Source of the DNA: a virus
Lineage: Duplodnaviria; Caudoviricetes
IMG/VR virus record: IMGVR_UViG_3300030118_002002
Span: 4,313 to 68,312 of that record
Length of the DNA stretch: 64,000 bases
Direction: 5' to 3' (one strand)
Made by a program: the position numbers and the translations under genes
Notes under the pieces: generated by a model
Seen by the model: the letters and a program-made list of their open reading frames with translations, nothing else
The model's database searches: none
What the model was told of the DNA's origin: nothing
Shown here: piece by piece, positions 18,842-28,487 of the stretch
Numbering within the stretch: position 1 is the stretch's first letter
How the letters are laid out: every line of letters begins with the position of its first letter

Positions 18842-19211
18842 TACTGCCAACACTGCTATATTAGAAAGACTGGAAAGAATTGTAGAGTCCCTGCAAGATA
18901 ATTCAGTCAAGATGGGACAGTTGCTTGCTGTTCACAATGAGAAGTTAGATAAACAGGATAGGATAGATGCAGTACTGTTTGAGAAGATAGAACAGGTAGA
19001 TATAAAGTTAGATCGCCACGCATCTGAAATCAAGAAGGGATGTGAGAAAGATATAATGCTAGTTGATCAACGTCTTCGTATGATAGAGAAGAAGATGTGG
19101 ACTATAGCAGGAGCATTGACCATTATAAGTTTCGTGGTCTCACCTCTTGGACAAATCTTTATAAGAAACTTGACCACTAATACGACGTCTGCTATCATAA
19201 GGGAAAACTAA
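18828..19211 (+). CDS. coiled-coil protein with C-terminal transmembrane helix
   Basis: LLAVHNEKL coiled coil, then MWTIAGALTIISFVVS. Confidence 0.7.
   Translation: MDPNNTANTAILERLERIVESLQDNSVKMGQLLAVHNEKLDKQDRIDAVLFEKIEQVDIKLDRHASEIKKGCEKDIMLVDQRLRMIEKKMWTIAGALTIISFVVSPLGQIFIRNLTTNTTSAIIREN
19170..19198 (+). promoter_or_regulatory. sigma70-type promoter candidate upstream of primase
   Basis: TTGACC-N17-TATCAT. Confidence 0.55.
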
Positions 19212-19220
19212 ACCTTTATA

Positions 19221-20201
19221 ATGATTCACATTGATGCCAAGTATATAAGTTTGGTATCTGCTCGACTTGGTAAATTTAAAAGGACAAAGAACAATCTCTA
19301 TACGTTCAGGTGTCCTTATTGTGGTGACTCAAAGAAGAATAAGAACAAAACTAGAGGATATCTGTACCAAGTCAAGACAGATTTCAATTTCAAATGTCAT
19401 AACTGTGGTCTCTCTAGATCCTTCACAAACTTTCTAAAGGATCAAGACCCTCAACTATATGATCAGTACGTTCTGGAGCGATATAAAGAAGGTTTGACAG
19501 GCAAGGCAACAACCACACCCGAACCAGACTTCAAGAAGATAATCAATAAACCTGTATTCAAAAAGAAAATTGATTTGCCTTTAGCATCTGAAAATGCTAG
19601 GGCATCTTCCTATTTAAAGAACCGTAAACTAGATCCAGACAAGTTCTATTACGCTGAGAGGTTCAAGCATTTCTGCAATACTATCAAACCAACATTTACT
19701 AATGTTCGTGATGAACATGCACGTATCGTAATCCCAATGTACGACTCAAATAAGAGATTGATCGGTCTTCAAGGACGTGCTCTGGACGGGTTCATACAAC
19801 CTAAATATTTGACCCTGATGTTAGTCGAAGATCACCCCAAAGTATATGGGTTTGATACAATAGATGAAACGAAACAGGTTTATGTCACAGAAGGACCATT
19901 TGACTCGACGTTCATTGATAATTCCATTGCTATGTGCGGTAGTGACGTGGATCTTAGCGGGTATGGTGATTTGGAATTTACCTACGTCTTCGACAACGAA
20001 CCAAGGAACAGGGAGATCGTCTCTAAGATTACTCAATCCATCGAGAAATCCCACAAGGTGGTGATATTTCCCACACAAATCAGAGAAAAAGACATCAATG
20101 ATATGGTTTTAGCTGGACATGATGTTAATTCTCTGCTAGAATCCAACACATATACAGGATTAAAAGCCAAACTTAAACTACAAACTTGGAAAAAAGTATG
20201 A
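19221..20201 (+). CDS. g61: DNA primase (T4 gp61-like)
   Basis: CPYCGDS...CHNC zinc finger; TOPRIM EGPFDS, DNEPRN, KDINDM. Confidence 0.96.
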   Translation: MIHIDAKYISLVSARLGKFKRTKNNLYTFRCPYCGDSKKNKNKTRGYLYQVKTDFNFKCHNCGLSRSFTNFLKDQDPQLYDQYVLERYKEGLTGKATTTPEPDFKKIINKPVFKKKIDLPLASENARASSYLKNRKLDPDKFYYAERFKHFCNTIKPTFTNVRDEHARIVIPMYDSNKRLIGLQGRALDGFIQPKYLTLMLVEDHPKVYGFDTIDETKQVYVTEGPFDSTFIDNSIAMCGSDVDLSGYGDLEFTYVFDNEPRNREIVSKITQSIEKSHKVVIFPTQIREKDINDMVLAGHDVNSLLESNTYTGLKAKLKLQTWKKV

Positions 20202-22492
20202 GCAACGGTATAAAAGTTGTAAAGAGAAACGGTTCCATGGAACCATTGAATCTTGAAAAAATGCACGTCATGGCAGAACGTGCATGTGAAAATCTAGGAG
20301 GAGTCTCTGCATCACAGGTGGAGATACAATCTGGTATACAATTCTATGATGGTATCACTACTGCTGAGATACAGAATATTCTAATCAAGTCTGCTAGTGA
20401 TCTTATAACACTTGACAATCCTAACTATCAGTTCGTTGCTGCTAGACTTATGCTCTTTGCCCTCCGTAAGGGTCTGTATGGTAAGTTAGAGACAATTCCA
20501 CACCTCCATGACCATATCAAAGAGTGTGTTGAGAGAGGTCTATATGACACTACAGTGCTTGATAAATATTCTGATGAAGAAATCAATGAAATAAATGGTA
20601 TAATTGATCATGATCGTGATTTCCTGTTTACCTATGCAGGATTGAGACAAGTCTTTGACAAGTATCTTGTACAAGACAGAAGCAGTGGTGAGGTGTATGA
20701 GACACCACAGCAGATGTACATTATGATTGCTGCTACACTATTTGCAAATTACCCTAAGGAAACAAGAATCAGTTATGTTCACAAGTACTACAACAGCATC
20801 AGCAAACACAAACTCAACATTCCCACACCTGTCATGGCGGGAGTTAGAACTCCACTTCGACAATTCGCTAGCTGTGTTCTTGTGGATATTGATGACACCC
20901 TCGATAGCATCTTTAGCAGTGATATGGCTATCGGCAAGTATGTTGCACAGAGGGCGGGCATTGGCATCAATGCGGGCAAAATCCGTGGCATCAACAGTAA
21001 AATCAGAGGCGGAGAAGTTCAACACACAGGCGTTATACCTTTCCTCAAAAAGTTTGAAAGTACTGTCAGATGCTGCACTCAAAATGGCGTTAGAGGTGGA
21101 TCAGCGACTGTCCACTTCCCCATCTGGCACCAAGAAATAGAAGATATAATTGTACTCAAGAACAACAAAGGAACAGAGGACAACCGTGTCAGAAAACTCG
21201 ACTACTCAATCCAAATCTCAAAACTTTTTTACGAAAGGTTTATCCAAAATCAAGAGATCTCGCTTTTTTCCCCTCATAATTGTCCTGACTTGTTTGAGAG
21301 TTTTGGGACCGATAGGTTTGATGAGTTATATTGCGGTTACGAGTTGGATGAATCAATCCCAAGAAAAACCATCGCTGCACAAGAACTCTTCCTCGCAATT
21401 CTAAAGGAGAGAGCAGAGACTGGTCGTATATACATCATGAATATCGACCACTGCAATAGTCATTCATCATTTATTGACAAGGTGTCTATGAGTAACCTCT
21501 GTCAGGAGATTACCCTACCTACTACACCCCTGCAACACATCGATAAGGAAGGTGAGATAGCACTGTGTATATTATCTGCTGTAAACGTAGGAAAGGTGCA
21601 GTCAGATAAAGAACTAGAGACATTATGTGACCTTGCAGTCAGAGCATTAGATGAGATTATTGACTATCAAGAGTATCCTGTCAAGGCAGCAGAGATATCT
21701 ACTAAGGCAAGAAGATCTCTTGGTATAGGTTACATTGGATTAGCACATTACTTTGCAAAATTAGGGTTTGCTTATGATTCTCAGGAGGCATGGGACGCAG
21801 CACATACACTAACCGAGTCGTTCCAATACTTCTTACTAAAAGCATCAAATCAACTCGCAAAAGAGAAGGGTGCATGTGAGTATTTTGACCACACAAAATA
21901 CTCTTTAGGACAACTTCCAATTGATACATATAAGAGGGATGTAGATGAGATTACAAAAGTAGCATACCAACATGATTGGGATTCTTTACGGAATGACATC
22001 AAGGAGTTTGGACTCAGGCACAGCACTTTGTCCGCACAGATGCCTTCGGAGAGCAGTTCCGTTGTGTCTAATGCCACAAATGGAATCGAACCACCTAGAG
22101 ACTACTTGTCCATTAAGAAGTCAAAGAAAGGACCTCTTAAGCAAGTTGTTCCACAGTATAGTAAACTAAAAAATAACTATACATTGTTATGGAATATGAA
22201 AGATAATCAGGGATACATAAATGTTGTCTCTGTGATGCAGAAATTTTTTGATCAAGCAATATCTGGTAATTGGTCATATAATCCAGAAAATTATCCTAAT
22301 AATGAAGTGCCAGTTTCTGTTATGGCACAAGATTTGTTGACCACATATAAGTATGGATGGAAAACTTCCTACTATCAAAACACTCACGACATGAAGAGTG
22401 ATGAGATGGAGGAACCGGTAGCATCTACTAAAGATCTTATAGCAGAAATAGAAAACCTATCGGAAGAGTCCTGTGATTCCTGTGCAATTTAG
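20198..22492 (+). CDS. nrdA: ribonucleotide reductase class Ia alpha subunit
   Basis: ATP cone VVKRNG; FASC, SNLCQEI, KTSYY; C-terminal CDSC. Confidence 0.98.
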   Translation: MSNGIKVVKRNGSMEPLNLEKMHVMAERACENLGGVSASQVEIQSGIQFYDGITTAEIQNILIKSASDLITLDNPNYQFVAARLMLFALRKGLYGKLETIPHLHDHIKECVERGLYDTTVLDKYSDEEINEINGIIDHDRDFLFTYAGLRQVFDKYLVQDRSSGEVYETPQQMYIMIAATLFANYPKETRISYVHKYYNSISKHKLNIPTPVMAGVRTPLRQFASCVLVDIDDTLDSIFSSDMAIGKYVAQRAGIGINAGKIRGINSKIRGGEVQHTGVIPFLKKFESTVRCCTQNGVRGGSATVHFPIWHQEIEDIIVLKNNKGTEDNRVRKLDYSIQISKLFYERFIQNQEISLFSPHNCPDLFESFGTDRFDELYCGYELDESIPRKTIAAQELFLAILKERAETGRIYIMNIDHCNSHSSFIDKVSMSNLCQEITLPTTPLQHIDKEGEIALCILSAVNVGKVQSDKELETLCDLAVRALDEIIDYQEYPVKAAEISTKARRSLGIGYIGLAHYFAKLGFAYDSQEAWDAAHTLTESFQYFLLKASNQLAKEKGACEYFDHTKYSLGQLPIDTYKRDVDEITKVAYQHDWDSLRNDIKEFGLRHSTLSAQMPSESSSVVSNATNGIEPPRDYLSIKKSKKGPLKQVVPQYSKLKNNYTLLWNMKDNQGYINVVSVMQKFFDQAISGNWSYNPENYPNNEVPVSVMAQDLLTTYKYGWKTSYYQNTHDMKSDEMEEPVASTKDLIAEIENLSEESCDSCAI

Positions 22493-23654
22493 AGTGTCTG
22501 AACACCCACCAATAAATGGTATGACAGTGTTCAATAAAGAACATGTCGATACAAAAGAACAACCTATGTTCTTTGGTGCACCCCTTGGTGTACAGAGATA
22601 TGATTCATACAAGTATCCTGTGTTTGAGAAACTAACAAACCAGATGCTTGGATACTTCTGGAGACCAGAAGAGGTATCTCTACAAAAAGATCGTGGTGAC
22701 TACCAGTCTCTACGTCCAGAGCAGAAGCATATCTTTACATCTAATTTGAAGTATCAAATACTCCTTGATTCTGTACAAGGTCGAGGACCTGGCATGGCAT
22801 TTGCACCATATACAGCACTACCAGAACTAGAAGGTGCTATGAATGTATGGCAGTTTATGGAAATGATTCATAGTAGATCATATACTTATATTATCAAGAA
22901 TGTTTATCCAGATCCAGCAGAAGTTTTTGATACCATACTTGATGATGATAAGATATTAGCACGTGCTCAGTCAGTGACTGCTGCCTATGATGACTTCATC
23001 AACATGGCACATCAATATGATCAGAGTAACTGGTGGAGACCAGATTGGAAACATGCAAGTTATAATGCATCGTATGAAGAGAAAGAACTCAAACGTAAAC
23101 TTTATCTTGCTGTATCTAATGTCAATATACTCGAAGGTATTCGTTTTTATGTTAGTTTTGCTTGCAGTTTTGCATTTGGAGAACTCAAACTCATGGAAGG
23201 TTCGGCAAAAATCATCTCACTTATTGCAAGAGACGAGAACCAACATACAGTCCTCACTCAACAAATGATCAAGGCATGGCAGAAGGGAGATGACCCTGTC
23301 ATGAGTGAGATAATGAAAGAAGAAGAGCAAACTGTCATTGACATGTATAGAATGGCAGTGGAAGAAGAGAAAGAGTGGGCACAATACTTATTCAAAGATG
23401 GTAGCATGATAGGACTCAACGATAAGTTACTTGTTAAATATGTTGAGTGGATCTGCAATAAAAGAATGAGAGCGATTGGACTAGATCCTATATATGATGC
23501 ACCCATAAAGAACAACCCACTACCTTGGACAGAACATTGGATTAGTTCTAAAGGTTTACAGGTTGCACCACAGGAGACAGAGGTAGAAAGTTATGTCGTC
23601 GGAGGAATCAAACAAGACGTCAAGAAGGACACGTTCTCAGGGTTCAAACTCTAG
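22473..23654 (+). CDS. nrdB: ribonucleotide reductase class Ia beta subunit
   Basis: FWRPEE, EMIHSRSY, LEGIRFY, RDENQH, QVAPQE. Confidence 0.98.
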   Translation: MIPVQFRVSEHPPINGMTVFNKEHVDTKEQPMFFGAPLGVQRYDSYKYPVFEKLTNQMLGYFWRPEEVSLQKDRGDYQSLRPEQKHIFTSNLKYQILLDSVQGRGPGMAFAPYTALPELEGAMNVWQFMEMIHSRSYTYIIKNVYPDPAEVFDTILDDDKILARAQSVTAAYDDFINMAHQYDQSNWWRPDWKHASYNASYEEKELKRKLYLAVSNVNILEGIRFYVSFACSFAFGELKLMEGSAKIISLIARDENQHTVLTQQMIKAWQKGDDPVMSEIMKEEEQTVIDMYRMAVEEEKEWAQYLFKDGSMIGLNDKLLVKYVEWICNKRMRAIGLDPIYDAPIKNNPLPWTEHWISSKGLQVAPQETEVESYVVGGIKQDVKKDTFSGFKL

Positions 23655-23883
23655 AGGAAGATTCGATCCACCTTTGAATAAAGATGGATCCCCTTGTTTG
23701 AAAGGTAGAATTATAAACCTAATACAAGTAGTAGTGGTAACACAGTTATTGATAGTTGCTGCTACAATACATGGGTGTCTCATGCCTGGCAGAGAGTGTA
23801 ACTCAGAGACTAAACAACATATTGCCAACATGATGACTGTTATAACTACCTCTACATTTGCTTTATATGCTGCTGAGAAATGA
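23593..23883 (+). CDS. hypothetical membrane protein
   Basis: Two hydrophobic segments; stop overlaps next start; start uncertain. Confidence 0.5.
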   Translation: MSSEESNKTSRRTRSQGSNSRGRFDPPLNKDGSPCLKGRIINLIQVVVVTQLLIVAATIHGCLMPGRECNSETKQHIANMMTVITTSTFALYAAEK

Positions 23884-24578
23884 ATTACATTTTTGATGTT
23901 GATGGCACACTGACTCCTGCTAGGAGACAAATGGACTTGTCTTTCATGGCATGGTTCATAATATTTGAATGTAAGCACCCTGTGTATCTGGTCACTGGTA
24001 GCGACAGACAGAAAACCATAGATCAGGTTGGTCTTGATGTGTATAATAGGGCAAAGAGAGTATATAATTGTTCTGGTTCAGATGTATGGGAGGGAGATCG
24101 TAATGTGTATAGAGATGATTGGAAACTACCTCATGATGCCAATGCATGGTTGATGTTAGAACTCAAGCAAAGTAATTTTACTATCAGAACTGGTACACAT
24201 ATAGAAAGGAGACCTGGTTGTGTCAACTTTAGTATCTTAGGTAGAGGTGCTAACTGGGAGGAGAGAGAAGTATATAAGCAGTGGGATAAAGATGAGAATG
24301 AAAGAAATCAAATTGCTAGGAGATTCAATCGAGAGTTTCCTGACCTCTATGCTACTGTTGGTGGTGAGACAGGACTAGACATAGCACCACAAGGTAGAGA
24401 TAAAAGTCAGATACTTAGAGACTTTGATGGAGATGTAAAATTCTTTGGAGATAAGATGGATAAAGGAGGTAATGACTACCTCCTTGCACATACAATAAGA
24501 GAAAAAAAATTAGGTGCTACTTATTGTGTGTTAGATTATAAGAATACTTGGGAGATATTGCAATACGAAAATAAATGA
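23880..24578 (+). CDS. HAD IIB phosphomannomutase-like protein (eukaryote-type PMM)
   Basis: FDVDGTLT.AR, VTGSD, HIE.R.G.VNFS.LGR, GGETGLDI, FFGDK...GGND. Confidence 0.85.
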   Translation: MNYIFDVDGTLTPARRQMDLSFMAWFIIFECKHPVYLVTGSDRQKTIDQVGLDVYNRAKRVYNCSGSDVWEGDRNVYRDDWKLPHDANAWLMLELKQSNFTIRTGTHIERRPGCVNFSILGRGANWEEREVYKQWDKDENERNQIARRFNREFPDLYATVGGETGLDIAPQGRDKSQILRDFDGDVKFFGDKMDKGGNDYLLAHTIREKKLGATYCVLDYKNTWEILQYENK

Positions 24579-25204
24579 AATTTTATTTTGATGGTTGCTC
24601 ATGGACTTATGGTGGTGGGTTGTCAGAAAATGGATATTCTCTTGAAGATCGTTGGAGCACATTAGTTTGTAAGCATTTTGGTGCTGAAGAATTCAATATA
24701 GCAAGCAGTGGTGCCACTAATGAGACTATCATGAGGCACTTTTTTACAGGACAAACTGCGAATGAACCAAAAAGGAAGGTTCCTGACATGACATTTGATC
24801 TAAAAGATTTTGATTTCTTCTTTATTCAGTTTACTATGCATATAAGAAGAGAGTTCTATGATAGCAAAGTCGGTGCTTGGAGAAGGTATAAGTACAATGA
24901 TAATGGTGCAAGGTGGGCAAAAAGACACCTCCAATTTTTTCAACACTACAGCACAGAGATACACACCAAGTATCAGGATCAGGTTTTTGAGGAAATAAAT
25001 CATACTGCTATAACCTCACACTTGAAGTGTCTGAATAAACCATACTTTTTAGGACACTTGGGACAATCGTTTGGTAGGTGTGAATATGATTATGATTTCC
25101 GTAATGCACCAATTGATCTAATGCCATGTTGCCACCCATCAAAAGAGGGTAATAAACAGATAGCAAAAACAGTTATAGATATAGTGGAACAAAAGTTATT
25201 ATGA
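24575..25204 (+). CDS. SGNH/GDSL hydrolase-like protein
   Basis: FDGCSWTYG, N.A.SGATN, C-terminal D....HPS. Confidence 0.6.
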   Translation: MKFYFDGCSWTYGGGLSENGYSLEDRWSTLVCKHFGAEEFNIASSGATNETIMRHFFTGQTANEPKRKVPDMTFDLKDFDFFFIQFTMHIRREFYDSKVGAWRRYKYNDNGARWAKRHLQFFQHYSTEIHTKYQDQVFEEINHTAITSHLKCLNKPYFLGHLGQSFGRCEYDYDFRNAPIDLMPCCHPSKEGNKQIAKTVIDIVEQKLL

Positions 25205-25530
25205 AACCACAATCAGCGAAAGCGAAGGGTAGGAAACTACAGCAGTGGGTGAGAGATAAACTCATTGAACATAGGGAAGTACATCCTGAGGACATTGAGT
25301 CTAGGAGTATGGGTGCAGGAGGAGAGGATCTTATTATGGCACGAGATGCTAGACAAAAGTTCCCTTTTAGTATAGAATGTAAAAACCAAGAGAAGTTGAA
25401 CGTTTGGGATGCTTATCAACAAGCAATTGATAACTCTGGTGATTATGAACCTATTCTTATAATGAAGAAAAATGGAAAAAAACCACTGGTTGTCATGGAC
25501 GCGGAAAACTTTATCAAGTCCAACGGCTGA
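25201..25530 (+). CDS. PD-(D/E)XK endonuclease (Holliday junction resolvase-like)
   Basis: KAKGR.LQ, GEDL, SIECKNQE. Confidence 0.75.
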   Translation: MKPQSAKAKGRKLQQWVRDKLIEHREVHPEDIESRSMGAGGEDLIMARDARQKFPFSIECKNQEKLNVWDAYQQAIDNSGDYEPILIMKKNGKKPLVVMDAENFIKSNG

Positions 25531-25531
25531 T

Positions 25532-25744
25532 ATGGAAGACTGGCGTTACTCAGACGAGAGAATGTTACTGAGGGCAGAAGTCTTTCGTGCATTGCAACAT
25601 CACTTAGCAGACCATACACGTGCAGTGTATGAGTTCTGTACTCTATGGGTAGATCAAGGAAACCCCAATACTAATGGTATTGAACAAGCATTTCAAGACT
25701 ACCTACGTAAACTAGCAGAGGATTCTTATGCAAAAACTAATTAA
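25532..25744 (+). CDS. hypothetical protein
   Basis: MEDWRYSDERMLLR...VYEFC; start placed at the internal ATG. Confidence 0.65.
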   Translation: MEDWRYSDERMLLRAEVFRALQHHLADHTRAVYEFCTLWVDQGNPNTNGIEQAFQDYLRKLAEDSYAKTN

Positions 25745-25955
25745 TGCAGCAGCACTATTCGCTGGTGCAGTATCACTTGCTGTCGTTGGTACAGCAGGGT
25801 ATGTATACATCAGAAAAGACGCTATCATTGAGAGTGTCAAAGAGAAAGCACTTGAAGCAGTGATGGGAAGTGTTACTGAGTCACTACCTAGTGTTGATCT
25901 ACCTGATACTACAGGACCTGCAATACCTTCATTACCTACACCACCATCCCTATAA
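25728..25955 (+). CDS. hypothetical membrane-anchored protein
   Basis: N-terminal hydrophobic helix, Pro-rich tail. Confidence 0.7.
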   Translation: MQKLINAAALFAGAVSLAVVGTAGYVYIRKDAIIESVKEKALEAVMGSVTESLPSVDLPDTTGPAIPSLPTPPSL

Positions 25956-25958
25956 ATA
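25951..25958 (+). promoter_or_regulatory. late promoter
   Basis: Exact TATAAATA upstream of ATG 25980. Confidence 0.65.
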
Positions 25959-25979
25959 AAACTGCCTAGCAGTTTCTAG

Positions 25980-26384
25980 ATGGAAGATAAGAAGGACAAA
26001 CCTAAAGGTCCTATAGGTAAACTCCAAGAGTTTGCTGAAGATAAAGAAGAGCAGTTAGTAATTCTTAGTACATTTGTTCGCCTTGGTATTCTTGTGTGGT
26101 CTGGTGCAATATTAACATTGAACTACGTCACAATACCAGGTTGGGAACAAGACAAAATAGATCCGACTTTCATAGCTTCGGTCTTTACGGGGGTTACAGC
26201 TACGTTCGGAATTCAGACCGGTGGTAAGAAAAAGAACGGTGAAGCTGGTGGAGGTGCTAACATAACCAAGAAGGATATGGAGATGCTCATCGCCAAAGCA
26301 GCAGAAGCAGCACCCACTCAAACAATCAGGTTAGAACAGGGACCCGTGACAATATCAGCGAGTCCAAATAAAAAGTCATCATAA
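25980..26384 (+). CDS. hypothetical two-TM membrane protein
   Basis: VRLGILVWSGAILTLNY and IDPTFIASVFTG..ATFG hydrophobic blocks. Confidence 0.75.
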   Translation: MEDKKDKPKGPIGKLQEFAEDKEEQLVILSTFVRLGILVWSGAILTLNYVTIPGWEQDKIDPTFIASVFTGVTATFGIQTGGKKKNGEAGGGANITKKDMEMLIAKAAEAAPTQTIRLEQGPVTISASPNKKSS

Positions 26385-26430
26385 GATACCTGTGCTAGTG
26401 TACATAGTAATGTAGTAATAATACAGAACT

Positions 26431-26601
26431 ATGAAACACTATGTCGTAGGTTATCATGACATGATGAACAACGTTATAGAGATCTGTGAGTATGCAGATG
26501 ATGCTTTTCAAGCACTACAGCAAGCAAAGCAAGACATCCCAGAACTCATAGGTCATCCAAATGCATGTGAGTATTGTTACTTAGAAGATGGAAGAACTTG
26601 A
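26431..26601 (+). CDS. hypothetical protein (56 aa, not in ORF track)
   Basis: MKHYVVGYHD...EICEYADDAFQA...HPNACEYC. Confidence 0.65.
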   Translation: MKHYVVGYHDMMNNVIEICEYADDAFQALQQAKQDIPELIGHPNACEYCYLEDGRT

Positions 26602-27388
26602 CTTCATACACTCTCCAAGTGTGAATCAGATAGAGGTAAGTATACCTCCTATCAGAGTTCTCAACGTCCCAAATATAAGAGTATTCAAGGCACCCTCTGT
26701 ACCTAGAGTAACAGTTCCAGTTACAGTGCACATTGGGAAACCAATAGTAGATTTGCCAGGTTGTGTAGAAGCACACCCAGAAGACGAAGGAAAAAGTCCC
26801 TCACTTGTCACGGATGACAGTGATGGGACTGTTGTTTTATGTGACGGTCAGTATCCATCCTTTGATGCGATGGACTATGTGCCAGAAGATATAATAATAA
26901 CGACAGAAGCACCACCACCAACTGTACAACCACCACCAGAACCACCAGGTACACCAGAGGTTCCTGAGACTTCTAATTTAGGTGTAGAGGAACAACCATG
27001 TCCTGCACCAAACCAACCACGTGTAGGCGATCTAACCACCAGTGGTGATGAGAAAGTTGTAGGTCATGAACTCCAAGGCACTACCTGTGTTGTATTGTAT
27101 GAACCTACCACTGTTGTTGACAAATATTTACCGACTGCAAATGTGGTAACGACTACCGCAACCATCGCAGCAGTTGCTACTGCGTCTGCCCTATTTGCAA
27201 AACCCCTAGCGGATTTGATTCTGAGGGCTTTGAAACCTCTAATAAAGAAGGCAACTGGTGCTGTCCAGAAGAAACTGGGACGCCATCGGACTTTGTCTCG
27301 TCTGGAGATTCAATCAAATAAGTATCGGGAGAAGAAGGGTCTTCCACCTGTGAAACCTCCGAAAAAGAATAAGAAGTTGAAGGGATAG
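26588..27388 (+). CDS. Pro-rich hypothetical protein with hydrophobic segment and basic tail
   Basis: PIVDLPGCVEAH, LCDG, poly-Pro linker, TATIAAVATASALFAKP. Confidence 0.75.
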   Translation: MEELDFIHSPSVNQIEVSIPPIRVLNVPNIRVFKAPSVPRVTVPVTVHIGKPIVDLPGCVEAHPEDEGKSPSLVTDDSDGTVVLCDGQYPSFDAMDYVPEDIIITTEAPPPTVQPPPEPPGTPEVPETSNLGVEEQPCPAPNQPRVGDLTTSGDEKVVGHELQGTTCVVLYEPTTVVDKYLPTANVVTTTATIAAVATASALFAKPLADLILRALKPLIKKATGAVQKKLGRHRTLSRLEIQSNKYREKKGLPPVKPPKKNKKLKG

Positions 27389-28199
27389 AGTGAGTGTGAT
27401 TTGGTAATGTATTTGGTGGGTTTACCAATACAACATCAGCACATACAGAGTAGTAAGGAGACTTTGGATGGAACATAATTCCAGCCTTCATTAGTTCTCC
27501 ACAATTTTTTAGACGAGCGATCTCAAAGTCCAATCTCTTGTTGGCATTTGTCTGCTCGATGAATGCTATCTGCTGTGTTGCTGCCTCTTTACATAACTGA
27601 GTCAATTTCTTATCAAGCGGCCAACTTATAGTACCACTGATACCTATTGATATATTCTGGTTGTTCTTCTGACCTGTTCTTGTTGGTTTATAAAATAAAA
27701 TTTCACCGGGATGATCGGGGACACCATCATCATTGGCATCTAGCATGTTGTACACTGGATCCATCCAATAATCTTCGTAAGGATGCTGTTCGCTGAGACT
27801 CCCAGTGAAGAACGGAGTAAGGTTTACGGTAGCACCTTGACACTGTATACCATTACTATAAGTGTTGGTAATATAAGGTCCTTGTAAAACCTGTATTGCC
27901 TGATTGGTTACTGAGCCTGAAGAGTTGGCGACTGGATTAGCGGTAGCAGAAACTCCCCCCACGTCTGTGTTTGCTAAGACTGGGGTAGTTATGGTAAAAA
28001 GACTAAGGACGGATAGTACTGATGTACTTATTGACTGAAGATTGAGGTTGTATCTGTGACGCTTTGTATTGTTGTTGTTCTTTGTATTATTGTCTGTGTC
28101 TGTAAGCCTGGGCCATTGTAGTGCTCCGTGAATTGGAACGCTTGTCCTACATTGTTCTGTGTCCAGTTTGGTTTTTGTTCTAAGTCTAAACCAGTCCAT
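27177..28199 (-). CDS. putative exported hypothetical protein (start uncertain)
   Basis: Hydrophobic stretch ending PVLA, then VGGVSATANPVANSSGSVTNQAIQ; LDFEIARLKNCG. Confidence 0.7.
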   Translation of the reverse strand: MDWFRLRTKTKLDTEQCRTSVPIHGALQWPRLTDTDNNTKNNNNTKRHRYNLNLQSISTSVLSVLSLFTITTPVLANTDVGGVSATANPVANSSGSVTNQAIQVLQGPYITNTYSNGIQCQGATVNLTPFFTGSLSEQHPYEDYWMDPVYNMLDANDDGVPDHPGEILFYKPTRTGQKNNQNISIGISGTISWPLDKKLTQLCKEAATQQIAFIEQTNANKRLDFEIARLKNCGELMKAGIMFHPKSPYYSVCADVVLVNPPNTLPNHTHSIPSTSYSFSEVSQVEDPSSPDTYLIESPDETKSDGVPVSSGQHQLPSLLEVSKPSESNPLGVLQIGQTQ

Positions 28200-28471
28200 G
28201 ATGAAGTCACTCCATTCAAAGTATTAGATTGAGCACTCCCCACATCAGGAGATATGCTCGTGCCATCGTGTTGTACGTTTGTCCCCGTTACCGAGTATGT
28301 CCAGCCTGTCGAGTAATCCATAGAATTAATGGTCTCTGTCACGGTAGACGTCGTCTCCGTGTGGCTGGTCATCGAGCCCTGTGTGAAGTTAGGGACCACA
28401 GGGACTGCAATCGCAGTCGGTGCAGTCGCAAGGACAAGTGCACTGACAGTTATCGCACGATACAGTTTCAT
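28028..28471 (-). CDS. putative exported Thr-rich hypothetical protein
   Basis: Signal peptide MKLYR...TAIA, then VPVVPNFTQGS. Confidence 0.75.
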   Translation of the reverse strand: MKLYRAITVSALVLATAPTAIAVPVVPNFTQGSMTSHTETTSTVTETINSMDYSTGWTYSVTGTNVQHDGTSISPDVGSAQSNTLNGVTSSWTGLDLEQKPNWTQNNVGQAFQFTEHYNGPGLQTQTIIQRTTTIQSVTDTTSIFSQ

Positions 28472-28487
28472 TTGTTACCATAACTCC

